The notes under the pieces are model-generated. The model saw nothing but the letters and a program-made list of their open reading frames with translations, searched no databases and was not told where the DNA came from. 64,000 bases of DNA from Eledone cirrhosa. Taxonomy: Eukaryota. Where the stretch lies: contig OZ024743.1 of assembly GCA_964016885.1 (NCBI GenBank), positions 329,096,001 to 329,160,000 on the forward strand, written 5' to 3'. The translations under genes were made by a program, and so were the position numbers. The stretch's first letter is position 1, and every line of letters begins with the position of its first letter. This document shows, one piece after another, positions 15,925 through 29,359 of the stretch.

Positions 15925-16197
15925 GTTATATTCATTGTTCCTCCTGTTGTGTTGTATGTCTACGCCATTTTTTTTGTTCAGTCTGTCTATATATTTATTT
16001 ATTTATTTGCTTGTTTGTTTATCTTATTTTATTTTGTCTTCTTTGCGCATGCGTTTGCGTGTGTGTATAGTGTTATGTGTGATGTGTGATGTGTGACTAG
16101 TGTGTATAGTGTTGTCTGCTGGGTGACTAGTGTGTGTTTATGTGCTTGTGTATGTATTTATTTATCTTATTTTATTTAATTTAATTTACTTATTTAT

Positions 16198-17505
16198 TTA
16201 TACTTCTCTTAGGTCAGTGTTGTTTGTTTGGGTGTTGTTGTTGTTCCACTCATTCTTTCTGTTTAGCTTTGGTCTTCTAATTTCTATTTCACTGGCCTCT
16301 CTGATTTGCCTATCTGCTGGGTCATTCCTATGTTTAGATATTATTCTAATTTCTATGTTGTCTATGTTACCGTCATGATGTTGTCTAGCATGTTCGTATA
16401 GTACTGACCCGTTTTTTCGTCCTTTTAGTTCCCCCCAGTGTTGGTCTATCCTTTCACCTATGCTACGAGCTGTCTCACCTATGTATGTTGTTGTCGTGTT
16501 TCTGCAAGTACCCTCTGTACATCTTATGCTATAGACTACGTTTCTAGTTTTACAGTTTATCCGGGGGTTCACCTTACATATGATACATTTCCTATTGGTA
16601 CAGTGGGTTTTCTTAAAAGGGTAGGTTTTGCTGATCAGGGATTTTATGGTGGTTCCTGGCTTTTCTACCACCTTTATTTTTAAGTGGGTCTTTCTCAGGG
16701 CCTTTCTACACTGGTTAGCTAATTTCCCTCCAGGGGTGGCGTCCACAAACATGACACTCTGATATCTCTGGTTGTCGTACCATGATGTGGCCTTCCCTAT
16801 CTTATGTCTAGCCCTATCTAAGCTATTCCATGATTTGCTCCTGTATAGTGGGCAAATTCCTTTCATGTCCAGTTCTATGAGGGTCTTATACTTTTCCATG
16901 GCTCCTTCGTATACTCTGACTCTGTCTCTTTGGTTGTAGCCAGAGAACTGCATGCGGTTGATGAAGTGTTGGATGTGTCCTTCCATTTCTGTTGGGTCGC
17001 ACATGCTGGACACATTCTTCATCACTCGTACCAAATCTGCGATCAGAATATTAAACTTAGCACTACTGGACATTGCTGAGTTTTTGAGTATCAGGTATTT
17101 GGAGGCCATGGGTTTAGCATAGTGTGAGTGGAGAATTTGGGCTCTCTCGTCTATAGTGTTAATCCAGAGTTCTGTGTCTAATACAGGTAGTCTATTGTTA
17201 GGGTGTTTGGAAGGGAAGTCTATAGTTACAGTTATACTCTGGTGTATGGAATTAGCTATCTGCTGGATGCTTTCCATCGTGCTACGTTCTAAATCAAACT
17301 TGTTAGTGCTCTCTAGTGGGGGTGTTCTTATAACTATATTGATATCGTCTACATAACGAGAGTACATGATGAGGTCTATGGAGCTTTCATTAAGGAGATC
17401 TTTAAGTCTCCTTTCCCACCATACCATGAAAAGGTTGGCAACATCGCCAGCTATGCTGACGCCGATGGCTGCTCCCTCATTTTGGGTGTAGATTTTCTCA
17501 TTGAA
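16198..17505 (-). CDS. Penelope RT + GIY-YIG endonuclease (partial; frame open into the gap)
   Basis: YTQNEGAAIGVSIAGDVANLFM, RYVDD, LPVLD, CTNRKCIIC, NVVYSIRC...YIGETARSIGERIDQH, RPKLNR. Confidence 0.9.
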   Translation of the reverse strand, partial: FNEKIYTQNEGAAIGVSIAGDVANLFMVWWERRLKDLLNESSIDLIMYSRYVDDINIVIRTPPLESTNKFDLERSTMESIQQIANSIHQSITVTIDFPSKHPNNRLPVLDTELWINTIDERAQILHSHYAKPMASKYLILKNSAMSSSAKFNILIADLVRVMKNVSSMCDPTEMEGHIQHFINRMQFSGYNQRDRVRVYEGAMEKYKTLIELDMKGICPLYRSKSWNSLDRARHKIGKATSWYDNQRYQSVMFVDATPGGKLANQCRKALRKTHLKIKVVEKPGTTIKSLISKTYPFKKTHCTNRKCIICKVNPRINCKTRNVVYSIRCTEGTCRNTTTTYIGETARSIGERIDQHWGELKGRKNGSVLYEHARQHHDGNIDNIEIRIISKHRNDPADRQIREASEIEIRRPKLNRKNEWNNNNTQTNNTDLREV

Positions 17506-17705
17506 NNNNNNNNNNNNNNNNNNNNNNNNNNNNNNNNNNNNNNNNNNNNNNNNNNNNNNNNNNNNNNNNNNNNNNNNNNNNNNNNNNNNNNNNNNNNNNN
17601 NNNNNNNNNNNNNNNNNNNNNNNNNNNNNNNNNNNNNNNNNNNNNNNNNNNNNNNNNNNNNNNNNNNNNNNNNNNNNNNNNNNNNNNNNNNNNNNNNNNN
17701 NNNNN
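17506..17705. other. Assembly gap (200 N)
   Basis: Run of n. Confidence 1.
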
Positions 17706-18780
17706 GTATTTATGTATGTATTATGTGTGTATTTATGTATGTATTATGTGTGTATTTATGTATGTATTATGTGAGTATTTATGTATGTATTATGTGTGTA
17801 TTTATGTATGTATTATGTGTGTATTTATGTATGTATTATGTGTGCATTTATGTATGTATTATGTGAGTATTTATGTATGTATTATGTGTGTATTTATGTA
17901 TGTATTAAGTGTGTATTTATGTATGTATTAAGTGTGTATTTATATACGTATTATGTGTGTATTTATATATGTATTATGTGTGTATTTATGTATGTATTAT
18001 GTCTGTATTTATGTATGTATTATGTGTGTATTTATGTATGTATTATGTGTGTATTTATGTATGTATTATGTGTGTATTTATGTATGTATTATGTGAGTAT
18101 TTATGTATGTATTATGTTTGTATTTATGTATGTATTATGTGTGTATTTATGTATGTATTATGTGTGTATTTAGGTATGTATTATGTGTGTATTTATGTAT
18201 GTATTAAGTGTGTATTTATGTATGTATTAAGTGTGTATTTATGTATGTATTATGTGTGTATTTATGTATGTATTATGTGTGTATTTATGTATGTATTATG
18301 TGTGTATTTATGTATGTATTATGTGAGTATTTATGTATGTATTATGTCTGTATTTATGTATGTATTATGTGTGTATTTATGTATGTATTATGTGTGTATT
18401 TATGTATGTATTATGTGTGTATTTATGTATGTATTAAGTGTGTATTTATGTATGTATTAAGTGTGTATTTATGTATGTATTATGTGTGTATTTATGTATG
18501 TATTATGTGTGTATTTATGTATGTATTATGTGTGTATTTATGTATGTATTATGTGTGTATTTATATATGTATTATGTGTGTATTTATATATGTATTATGT
18601 GTGTATTTATGTATGTATTATGTGAGTATTTATGTCTGTATTATGTCTGTATTTATGTATGTATTATGTGAGTATTTATGTATGTATTATGTGTGTATTT
18701 ATGTATGTATTATGTGTGTATTTATGTATGTATTATGTGAGTATTTATGTATGTATTATGTGTGTATTTATGTATGTATG
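17706..18780. repeat. 23-bp minisatellite (TATTTATGTATGTATTATGTGTG), about 46 copies
   Basis: Direct reading; translations show 23-aa periodicity. Confidence 0.95.
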
Positions 18781-18949
18781 TTGGTTTATATAGACAGATA
18801 CGTACACACACAGTGTTAGTGAGATATATTAGATTATAAATAGGTGTGGGTGTATGTATAAAGACACACACACACTCTATATATATATAGGAAAAGAATA
18901 AGGACCCCGACGGCTGAGCTCCGGTCGTTTCGACAGCTAGATCCGAACG

Positions 18950-19010
<61 letters not shown>

Positions 19011-19022
19011 ACACACACACAC

Positions 19023-19073
<51 letters not shown>

Positions 19074-19080
19074 GCACACA

Positions 19081-19420
<340 letters not shown>

Positions 19421-19719
19421 TTCAAGAGTAACCAATCTTAAAGAGAAAGATGGAGATAGGAGAGGAGATATGAGAGGAGAGATTGGTGAATTAGTTAGAA
19501 GCCAAAGCGTAAAGGCATGTGGTCAATGTGCAATATGCAGTGGAAGGCAGCTAGGTGGCTGGGCTCATGCAGAAGTTAGGTGCGCAGAGCTGGAAATATT
19601 CATTAGTTAAGCAAAACAAGACCACAAATTTCACAAGGAAGACATTATTAAAAGATTGTCAACATATTTTAGTTTGATGTAAGGAATGTAGAGAATAATA
19701 ATAATAATATTAATAATAA

Positions 19720-20108
19720 TTGTTTCTATTTTAGGCACAGGGCCAGCAATTACCCAGTACATTACTGGTACTTTATTTTATCGACCCCGTAAGGATGAAA
19801 GGCAAAGTTAACCTCGGCGGGATTTGAACTCAGATCATAAAGGGACGAAACTCTATGCTTCAAAGCATGGCGTCCGACTCTCTACCGATACTGCCAATCC
19901 ACCGCCCTTAATATTAATAATAATTGTTTCTACTTTAGGCACAAGGCCAGCAATTACCCAGTGCATTACTGGTACTTTATTTTATCGACCCCGTAAGGAT
20001 GAAAGGCAAAGTCAACCTCGGCGGGATTTGAAATCAGATCGTAAAGGGACGTAACTATGCTGAAAGCATGGCGTCCGACCCTCTACCGATACTGCCAATC
20101 CACCGCCC
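19720..20108 (-). mobile_element. Two tandem family-A SINEs inside the Naiad 3' pseudo-LTR
   Basis: 19720-19907 and 19923-20108, with AAT-rich flanks. Confidence 0.88.
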
Positions 20109-20139
20109 AATAATATTAATATTAATAATAATAATGTCC

Positions 20140-20259
20140 GTTTACAATTGTTTCGCTACTCCATATAATATTTCTGGATCAGATGACTATATATCATAAT
20201 TGATCTGGTTCAGTTGAAAATAATTAACATATTTAAAAAACAGAGCGGCTCATCGGAAC
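20140..20259 (-). ncRNA. Hammerhead-like fold, U4C core and long stem II (second copy 23685-23804)
   Basis: GTT-CCGATGA-GC..(~90 nt)..GC-GAA-ACAATTGT-A-AAC; same core in both pseudo-LTRs. Confidence 0.55.
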
Positions 20260-20637
20260 TTCAAAGGAATATAAATTAAAATAAGGAGAGAATGTTACAT
20301 AATATAATGTTCTATATATTGGTATTTCACTATGGTGTCCTGGTTGTGTCAGTTGTCAGCCAAAATCAAGCAGTATTCATCTGTCGAGGCTGCATTGTGT
20401 GAGATCTGCCTATGGGTAACAAGATGGCTGCTAAAGGACATATTTACCTTACTAATTAGAGGGTGGTTTCAGGGGAAGTAACTCCTCGAGAGATTAGAAA
20501 TTGTGGGAAGTTTATAGTTAAGTGCTAATTTTTAATTTTTTTAATTGAGAGACAATGTAGGGGAGGTAACTTATAATTATCTAAGTTAGTCATAGCTATT
20601 TAACTTATTAGCTACAAGTAAAAATGAGGCTAGATGA

Positions 20638-23130
20638 CTAAGTTGGGTCAAATATTCTATTGGCGAAGGAATTAGCCCTTCGATGTTGACAGCTAATAGT
20701 TACCTCCGTTCTATCGTTAATCGGTAGAGGTCGTGATAGAGTTACGTAATATTCTTCTGTAATACAGAGATCACAAGATTTTCTTCGTCCATTGAACGGT
20801 TGGGCCCTAGCCACGATATCCCATTTTAGTGAGTGTTGAACGTTGCCTAATTTAAGATTTTTAATGAGCCTAGCTAGAGATGTCGAACATCTGTTGCTAG
20901 GGTCTCGGAAGGAAAAAGAGTGCGTGTTATAGCGTACCTTAAAAGGGTTAGAGGTAGACCCGATATAAGAGCTGGTATTCGAGGTAGTTTTAACCGTGCA
21001 CCTATAGACTATGTTGGGTGTCAGGCAGTGTCCATTTAATGGGCATGCATTAGGGTAACGGCAGTTGCAGTTGCTTCTGCGGTTAGTGAGAGTAGGGTAG
21101 TTTACCCTTAGCGATAGGTCAGTGCTAGAAGGATTAGATGGGGGAGGTGTGCTACTAGAGTAATTATTGGTGTAGTCGCGTGGTGTATTTCATAGGGGTG
21201 GTGGTACCGCGGTGTGGGAGTTATACTGTCTTAGTTTATGATGGTTATTGAATGCCATGTGGCTAGCTAGATTAGGTGTTGTGGAGAATGAGATTTTAAT
21301 GTTATTTTTATTAAAGAGTTTGTAATATCTATGGTTGGGCGGGAAATGTTTAGATAGGATAGAGAACAAGCGTTTAGGTATATTAGTGGCTAGATTAGAA
21401 GAGAATGGGGGGTTGAGCCAGGTGATATTTCTAGGTCTATTCTTTCTAGGGGTTCTAGTGGAGTTGGTAGGGGCCTTCCTAGGGTTATTATTACCTGGGG
21501 ATTTGATATTTGTCATCCCATTTCTCACTCCTATTTTAGGGTTGATTTTTAGTTTGCTACTAGGAGTGGGGAGCAGGCCGCTGCCACCATTAAATTTCCC
21601 TGTATAGGTACTGTTATTGCCAAAATTCCGGCGAATCTGGCTATATGCTAAGGTATTTCTAGTTCTAGTGTTAAGTTTATTATGGTGAATTGCTGTGCTA
21701 TGGCGTTTAGGTATGTAGTAAATTGATTGTTCATAACCAGATTCAGAAAGAGCCTTATTATAATATTGTGCATGGTTTATAAATATCTTCTCATTTGCTG
21801 ATAGCATTGAGATCCTATACGAAATAGATTTGATTACTGCTCTGATGACTGCCGGTGGGTGGTTAGAGTGTGGGCTAATATATGTGAGTATTTCACCTGG
21901 TTTATGGTAAGGGTAATATAGGTTATTGTTGAGATCCAGGGTGACGTCTAGGAAGTTTACTACTTTATGGTTCGGCTCGATGGTGATAGAGAGACCGTTA
22001 TTTTTAAAGAATCTATGTAATTGTTTTTTTTAGCAAATCAATGCCCCGATTAGTGCAATTGTGGACTGCAAATAGGGCGTCGTCCTTTATATTCCACCTT
22101 GCAAGGGTTGGATTTCGGCTCTGATGTTATGTAATAGGTAAATTCCAACTAAATCGGTGATTTGCGCAGAGTCACTTGAGCCCATCGTGATGTCAAAGTT
22201 GTCTGTTCTATCTTTTCTAGTCCAGAGTGCTCCGTTGAATTCAAGGAGGGTCTGCCTAGCCATAAGTATGATGTTAATCTCATTATTGGTAATGTCCGAG
22301 TTGGTCTTGGCTAGGGTTAATGCTTTGTTAAGCATTTGTGCGGTTATTGAAGCGTAATAGCTGTCGATGTCAAATTGGATGAACCTCATAGATTTCTTGG
22401 ACCTTAGCTCGGAGAACCATCTAATGACTTGGCCGGTGTTGGACCACAACTTGTAGGTGATATCATCTCGTAGCCCAGGGATTATCCTATCAAGGATGTT
22501 CTTACTGATAAGACCCAGATCGGATGTGGTTGGGCTTATGAGTCTAATAGATGGATTCTCTATAAAGTTTGGCTTATGATCCTTGAGAGAGAACCTTGGG
22601 GTTGTTGGTACATAAGGGTGGGTAAATCTATCCAGATGCAAGTCCTTAACCAAAGCTTGGGCTTTTCGGTTAAGTACGTTTACACTGGAGGGTATAGGTT
22701 TTTTATAGTTTTTATTGAGTTCTTTAAGAAGGAAATAGTGGTAAGTTTCAGGAGTCATGGTGTATAGATTTTTAGTTTTGTCAGACATAACATGTAAGAG
22801 GTGGCTATCTTTAAATCTTTTTATAGTTGTTGCTAATTTAGTGAGGAAATTATTCTTGTGTCTATAATGCTTTTTGAATTTAATGCTCCTGAGGAAGTTG
22901 AATAGATCTTTCTCAAAAGGGTCCAGCAGAATGTTGTGTGGGGGGTTCTTTCAGGTGGTAAATCCATATCTATTTGCTGTACTTCCGACGTCAGCAGCAA
23001 CCGCACGGTCAAAGTGGAACGCTTTCCATCTTATTCTTCGGATGAAAGAGTTGACACTCTGTCTTCCTGTCCGGGATAGGTATGGACTTAAGTGAGATTC
23101 TGAGTTCCTGCTTGCTCAACACGGTGACAT
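20638..23130 (-). pseudogene. Naiad-type RT + GIY-YIG ORF, near full length, several frameshifts
   Basis: SLKSIPIP, SFIRRIRWKAF, SDKTKNLY, QFDIDSYY, MGSSDSAQITDLVG, CNCRYPNACPL..C, YIGST, CDLC, SCQH. Confidence 0.9.
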
Positions 23131-23471
23131 CTAATAGTAAATAGCTCAACTACAGGAGCTCAAGTATACACAGTTCAAGAGTAACCAATCTTAAAGAGAG
23201 AGATGGAGATAGGAGAGGAGATATGAGAGGAGAAATTGGTGAATTAGTTAGAAGCCAAAGCGTAAAGGTATGTGCTCAATGTGCAATATGCAGTAGAAAG
23301 CAGCTAGGTGGCTGGGTTCATGCAGAAGTTAGGTGCGCAGAGCTGGAAATATTCATTAGTTAAGCAAAACAAGACCACAAATTTCACAAGGAAGACATTA
23401 TTAAAATATTGTCAACATATTTTAGTTTGATGTAAGGAATGTAGAGAATAATAATAATAATATTAATAATA

Positions 23472-23660
23472 ATTGTTTCTATTTTAGGCACAGGGCCAGC
23501 AATTACCCAGTACATTACTGGTAATTTATTTTATCGAGCCCGTAAGGATGAAAGGCAAAGTTAACCTCGGCGGGATTTGAACTCAGATCATAAAGGGACG
23601 AAACTCTATGCTTCAAAGCATGGCGTCCGACCCTCTACCGATACTGCCAATCCACCGCCC
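23472..23660 (-). mobile_element. Family-A SINE inside the upstream Naiad pseudo-LTR (single copy)
   Basis: Same position and flanks as the tandem pair at 19720-20108. Confidence 0.88.
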
Positions 23661-24412
23661 TTAATATTAATAATAATAATGTCCGTTTACAATTGTTTCG
23701 CTACTCCATATAATATTTCTGGATCAGATGACTATATATCATAATTGATCTGGTTCAGTTGAAAATAATTAACATATTTAAAAAACAGAGCGGCTCATCG
23801 GAACTTCAAAGGAATATAAATTAAAATAAGGAGAGAATGTTACATAATATAATGTTCCATATATTGGTATTTCACTATGGTGTCCTGGTTGTATCAGTTG
23901 TCAGCCATAATCAAGCAGTATTCATCTGTCGAGGCTGCATTCTTTGAGATCTGCCTATAGGTAACAAGATGGCTGCCAAAGGACATATTTACCTTACTAA
24001 TTAGAGGGTGGTTACAGGGGAAGTAACTCCTAGAGAGATCAGAAATTGTGGGAAGTTTATAGTTAAGTGCTAATTTTTAATTTTTTTAATTGAGAGACAA
24101 TGTAGGGGAGGTAACTTATAATTATCTAAGTTAGTCATAGCTATTTAACTTATTAGCTACAAGTAAAAATGAGGCTAGATGACTAAGTTGGGTCAAATAT
24201 TCTATTGGCGAAGGAATTAGCCCTTCGATGTTGACAGCTAATAGTTACCTCCGTTCTATCGTTAATCGGTAGAGGTCGTGATAGAGTTATGTAATATGCT
24301 TCTGTAATACAGAGATCACAAGACTTTTTTCGTCCATTGAACGGTTGGGCCCTAGCCACGATAACCCATTTTAGTGAGCTCCGGCCGTTTCGACAGCCAG
24401 ATATGTTCGGAC

Positions 24413-24513
<101 letters not shown>

Positions 24514-24621
24514 AGTGTATGAAAAGTAAACGGAAACACAAAGATACGAAAAGACAACGACAACGGAGAGTCTCGTCTCATCAGTCAACCCCTGAAAATC
24601 ACTCTAGTTTCTGTACATGAA

Positions 24622-24676
<55 letters not shown>

Positions 24677-24679
<3 letters not shown>

Positions 24680-25347
24680 AATAAAATTAGTCCCCCACCA
24701 GAGATCCTCCAACCCCCACACGCATCTCATCGCTTTAAAAATCATATACCTCCAGTTGGTGCGAGCAACAGCTAAATAAATCTATTGGGACAAGTAATAT
24801 AGCGTAAAGCGAGCGAGACAAGTAAACAAACAAAGATGGTATTGCAACGGAAAGATAGGAAGAAACAGGCACATGATATCTATTCAGTTTAAACTGGGTG
24901 AATTTCATGGGTGAGAGAGATATACAGACCTTTCGACATGGGTGAGGTGTGAGTGAGAAAGGACCCCACACAGGCCAAACGGGAGGAAGTGAGAAGGGGA
25001 GAAGCAGAGAGTGAGTGAGTGGAAGTTCGAGGAAGAGGCCAGTCGAGAGAAAGTGTGACTGACAGAGGGGGCGAAAGAAGGTGAGAGATACAGAGAGAGG
25101 GGGGAAGTAGTAAGAAAGAAACAGACAAATGCTGTTGAGGAAAAATATATATATATAAATATGAGAAGAATTGAGTGGTGCGTGGTTGCACATGGGTTAC
25201 ATATGAATAAAATTATTCCCCACCAGCGATCCTCCAACCCCCACTGGCATCTCATTGCTTTAAAAATCATTTTATACCTCCAGTTGGTGCGAGCTACAGC
25301 TAAACAAAGCCATTGAGACTTGTAATATAGCGCAAAGCGAGCGAGAC
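24677..25347. repeat. Diverged direct repeat (~145 bp at 24677 and 25204) enclosing a purine-rich spacer; probable pseudo-LTR-type element
   Basis: TGAATAAAATTA..CCCCACCAG.GATCCTCCAACCCCCAC...AAAGCGAGCGAGAC occurs twice; microsatellite flanks. Confidence 0.6.
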
Positions 25348-25374
25348 CCCCCCCCCACAAACACACACACATAT

Positions 25375-25477
<103 letters not shown>

Positions 25478-25984
25478 TTGAGAAACGCAAATAAGATAAA
25501 AGAAATGTTTACCTATTTATTTAAAGTGTCATGGAGCAGCCTCGGCAACTTTTTGCTGTGAAAATCTCAAATCAACAGGGAATATTTTCAAATAAGAAAG
25601 ACTTCATCTGAATTATCTGCTTCCAGTGATAATTTCGAATGGGAGAATTATCAGGGCGGTATGTCGACAACGGCAAGTGAAAGGGCTGCTAAACGTAGCA
25701 GTCAGACTCGGCCAGGTTCTTTACTCCACCGTAAGGTAGTATTAACAAATATACTGAATATTCAGTATATTAACAAATATACTGAAAATATATGCATATA
25801 TACACAAGTATAGACATACATACGTGGGAGTCCAACAGATACCAGATTTGCTCATTGATAAAAAATGATCATGAAATTTGCACTTAGAAAATCCCTTTCC
25901 GAGGCACAAGCCCGGATATTTTGGTATATATTGGTGACAGCTGGTCTACCCCAAACCAGTTGTTTGTAGGAGACTAGTTGTCAC

Positions 25985-26170
25985 CCATATACACCAGCCT
26001 TTCCACTCCACGCCACCGATGTTGTCCAAGAGAAAGGCAAAGGTCGATACAGCTTGGCACCAGTGACGTCACCACACATTTCTACAGCTGAGTAAACTGG
26101 AACTACGTGAATAAAGTGTCTTGCTCAAGAACACAGCACACCATTCAGTCCGGGAATCGAACTCACAACC
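25985..26170 (-). mobile_element. tRNA/CORE-type SINE fragment (family B-related)
   Basis: Reverse complement has GAGTTCGATTCCCGG B-box and GTGTTCTTGAGCAAGACACTTTATTCACG. Confidence 0.7.
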
Positions 26171-26360
26171 AGTAAGGCACGTGTCTTCAGACACATACAC
26201 ACACACACACATCTATATATATACACTTCTCTCTCCCTCTAGATATATAAATACATATACACACACATAATTCATACGTACATACATAGATACTTACATA
26301 CACATACATATAGACACACATAGACAAACAAACACATATACTTATGTACATATATATATA

Positions 26361-26401
26361 TCATACCTAGATGAGATATTGCCTATTGTATATATAAATA
26401 A

Positions 26402-26444
<43 letters not shown>

Positions 26445-26493
26445 CATATATATATCATGCCTAGATGAGATATTGCCTATTGTATATATAAAT

Positions 26494-26548
<55 letters not shown>

Positions 26549-26597
26549 CATATATATATCATACCTAGATGAGATATTGCCTATTGTATATATAAAT

Positions 26598-26643
<46 letters not shown>

Positions 26644-26790
26644 TATATATATATATAATGGTAGAACTCTATCCAGGATCTTCTTACTTTGACTTATCAA
26701 CCCCACTCGCTCTGACATCGGCTCTATCAGTATATATATATATATATATACATATATATATCATGCCTAGATGAGATATTGCCTTATTGT
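26361..26790. repeat. Tandem repeat of TCATRCCTAGATGAGATATTGCCT plus variable (AC)n(AT)n, 4 copies
   Basis: Units begin near 26361, 26456, 26559 and 26761. Confidence 0.85.
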
Positions 26791-27351
26791 GTGATCAAAG
26801 TCGTAAATACAACATGGACATTTATATACACAGTAAATAAATCTATATTTAATATTTAGATATCTCACTCCAGTTGCATTAGATATCAAATATATATATT
26901 AGACAGCAGATAGATGCTACTGATAACTATAATATCGTATTATATATAATCCATATAACACATCTTATATAGAAATTATATGTAATGTGAAACAAATATA
27001 GATATAACTCGTGCTTTCTTTGAAGGTTTGCCAATACACATACACACACGTAAGTATACTTGCACACGTATATGTTCACATAACACACTCACGTACGTAC
27101 ACATACGTACACATATACATACGTATATATATATACACACGCAATTATACGTACATATATATAGCTATATAAGTATATAAGCATGTATACACACATACAC
27201 GTTATATATATCGATACATATATGCATATATATATATATATATACACTAAATTTGCATATAGCATAACTAGGCTGTATAACCACCGTGGAAACATTTGTA
27301 AGCACACAGAATAAATTACCTTTTTATGATGTCTACCTGTTATTATTCATT

Positions 27352-27428
<77 letters not shown>

Positions 27429-27615
27429 CACACACACACACATATATATATATACACACACACATATACACATACATATACATACATATATATATATACA
27501 CATATATTTATAAATTCATACACAGACAATCGCACACACACGCACATATATATGTATTTATATGTATATATATATATATATGCACATACATATATATACA
27601 TATACACATGTGCAT

Positions 27616-27712
<97 letters not shown>

Positions 27713-27889
27713 CTGGAGAATGGTGAGATGAAAAAGAATGTAAAATTAGATACTCGATATATTATTGAAAATATAAGGGAGATCTGGGATGTTGGACATC
27801 TCTTTTCTTTGCCTTTGCAGGTATTTCAAAAATACAACCATGACAGATTACTAAAGAAATATTAGAAAACATGTCACTTTATATAAGTA

Positions 27890-28026
<137 letters not shown>

Positions 28027-28165
28027 GCTTGTATATATTTATATATATATATATATATATGATTAACTTTGCCTTTCATCCTTATGGGGTCGATAAAATA
28101 AGGTACCAGTAATATGGGTAATTGATGGCCTAAAAGTAGAAACAATTATATATATTTATATCATT

Positions 28166-28205
28166 CCGAGCTGAGGATCCGCTAAGGTGAAACAATTGTT
28201 CTCGG
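28166..28205 (+). ncRNA. Minimal type I hammerhead ribozyme
   Basis: CCGAG-CTGAGGA-T-CC-gctaa-GG-T-GAA-ACAATTGT-T-CTCGG; downstream sequence homologous to 6255-6302. Confidence 0.8.
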
Positions 28206-28233
28206 TATGGTGAACTAACTGTTGTGTAATCGC

Positions 28234-28297
<64 letters not shown>

Positions 28298-28517
28298 TGC
28301 AAAACTTGACACTTTATATAAGTATATACGTGTAAGTAAGTATACATATATATATATATATATATACACACCACGCACACATACATACACTTACACACAC
28401 ACACACACATATATATATATATGTACATATATATATATATATGTGTATATATATATATATGTGTATATACATTACAAAATATGTCACTTTATATAAGCAT
28501 ATACATGTATACAAGTA

Positions 28518-28567
<50 letters not shown>

Positions 28568-28671
28568 CATACTTATATACATGTATATACTTATATAAAA
28601 TGACATATGTAGTAATATATATACACACATATATACATATGAGTGTATGTGTGTGTATGTATGTGTGCGTG

Positions 28672-28747
<76 letters not shown>

Positions 28748-28762
28748 ATATATATATATATG

Positions 28763-28943
<181 letters not shown>

Positions 28944-29359
28944 GTTGATAAATCTACCAAAATATACAGTAGTGTCCAATCCGTATGAAGAACTCAATGT
29001 AATCCAAATATCATGAAAAGAGAAGATGCATTCAAAATTTTTTCGAATAAAATCACAGGAAAACAGAGTCAGGATAAATTAACAAAAACAATGAATAAAA
29101 ACAAAGAACTAGTTCCTTATATTAAAAAACTCATCATTTTACGATCGTTTCTAGGATATATATGTCTGTCGTATGTATATGTGTGTTGCTATGTAAACAT
29201 TTTACAAACTATCAGAGGAAATATACATACCTTCACATATATATGTTGCCTTCAGAAATAATTGTTTCTACTTTAGGCACAAGGCCACCAATTACCCAGT
29301 GCATTACTGGTACTTTATTTTATCGACCCCGTAAGGATGAAAGGCAAAGTCAACCTTAG

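Larger units (their letters stand above)
15677..17505 (-). mobile_element. Penelope-like retroelement, 3' portion, truncated by assembly gap
   Basis: RT + GIY-YIG ORF followed by a 3' region with a hammerhead core, ending in (TA)n. Confidence 0.9.

Noticed and set aside
20638-23130. Selenocysteine-encoding Naiad (reported for some Naiads)
   Set aside because: Conserved Cys codons checked here and in the 30085 and 62182 elements are TGC/TGT; the TGA at 21190 fits a frameshift.
27800-27880. Splice-acceptor-like TTTGCAG followed by ATG (also TTTTCAG at ~10690)
   Set aside because: No convincing exon, donor or reading frame.
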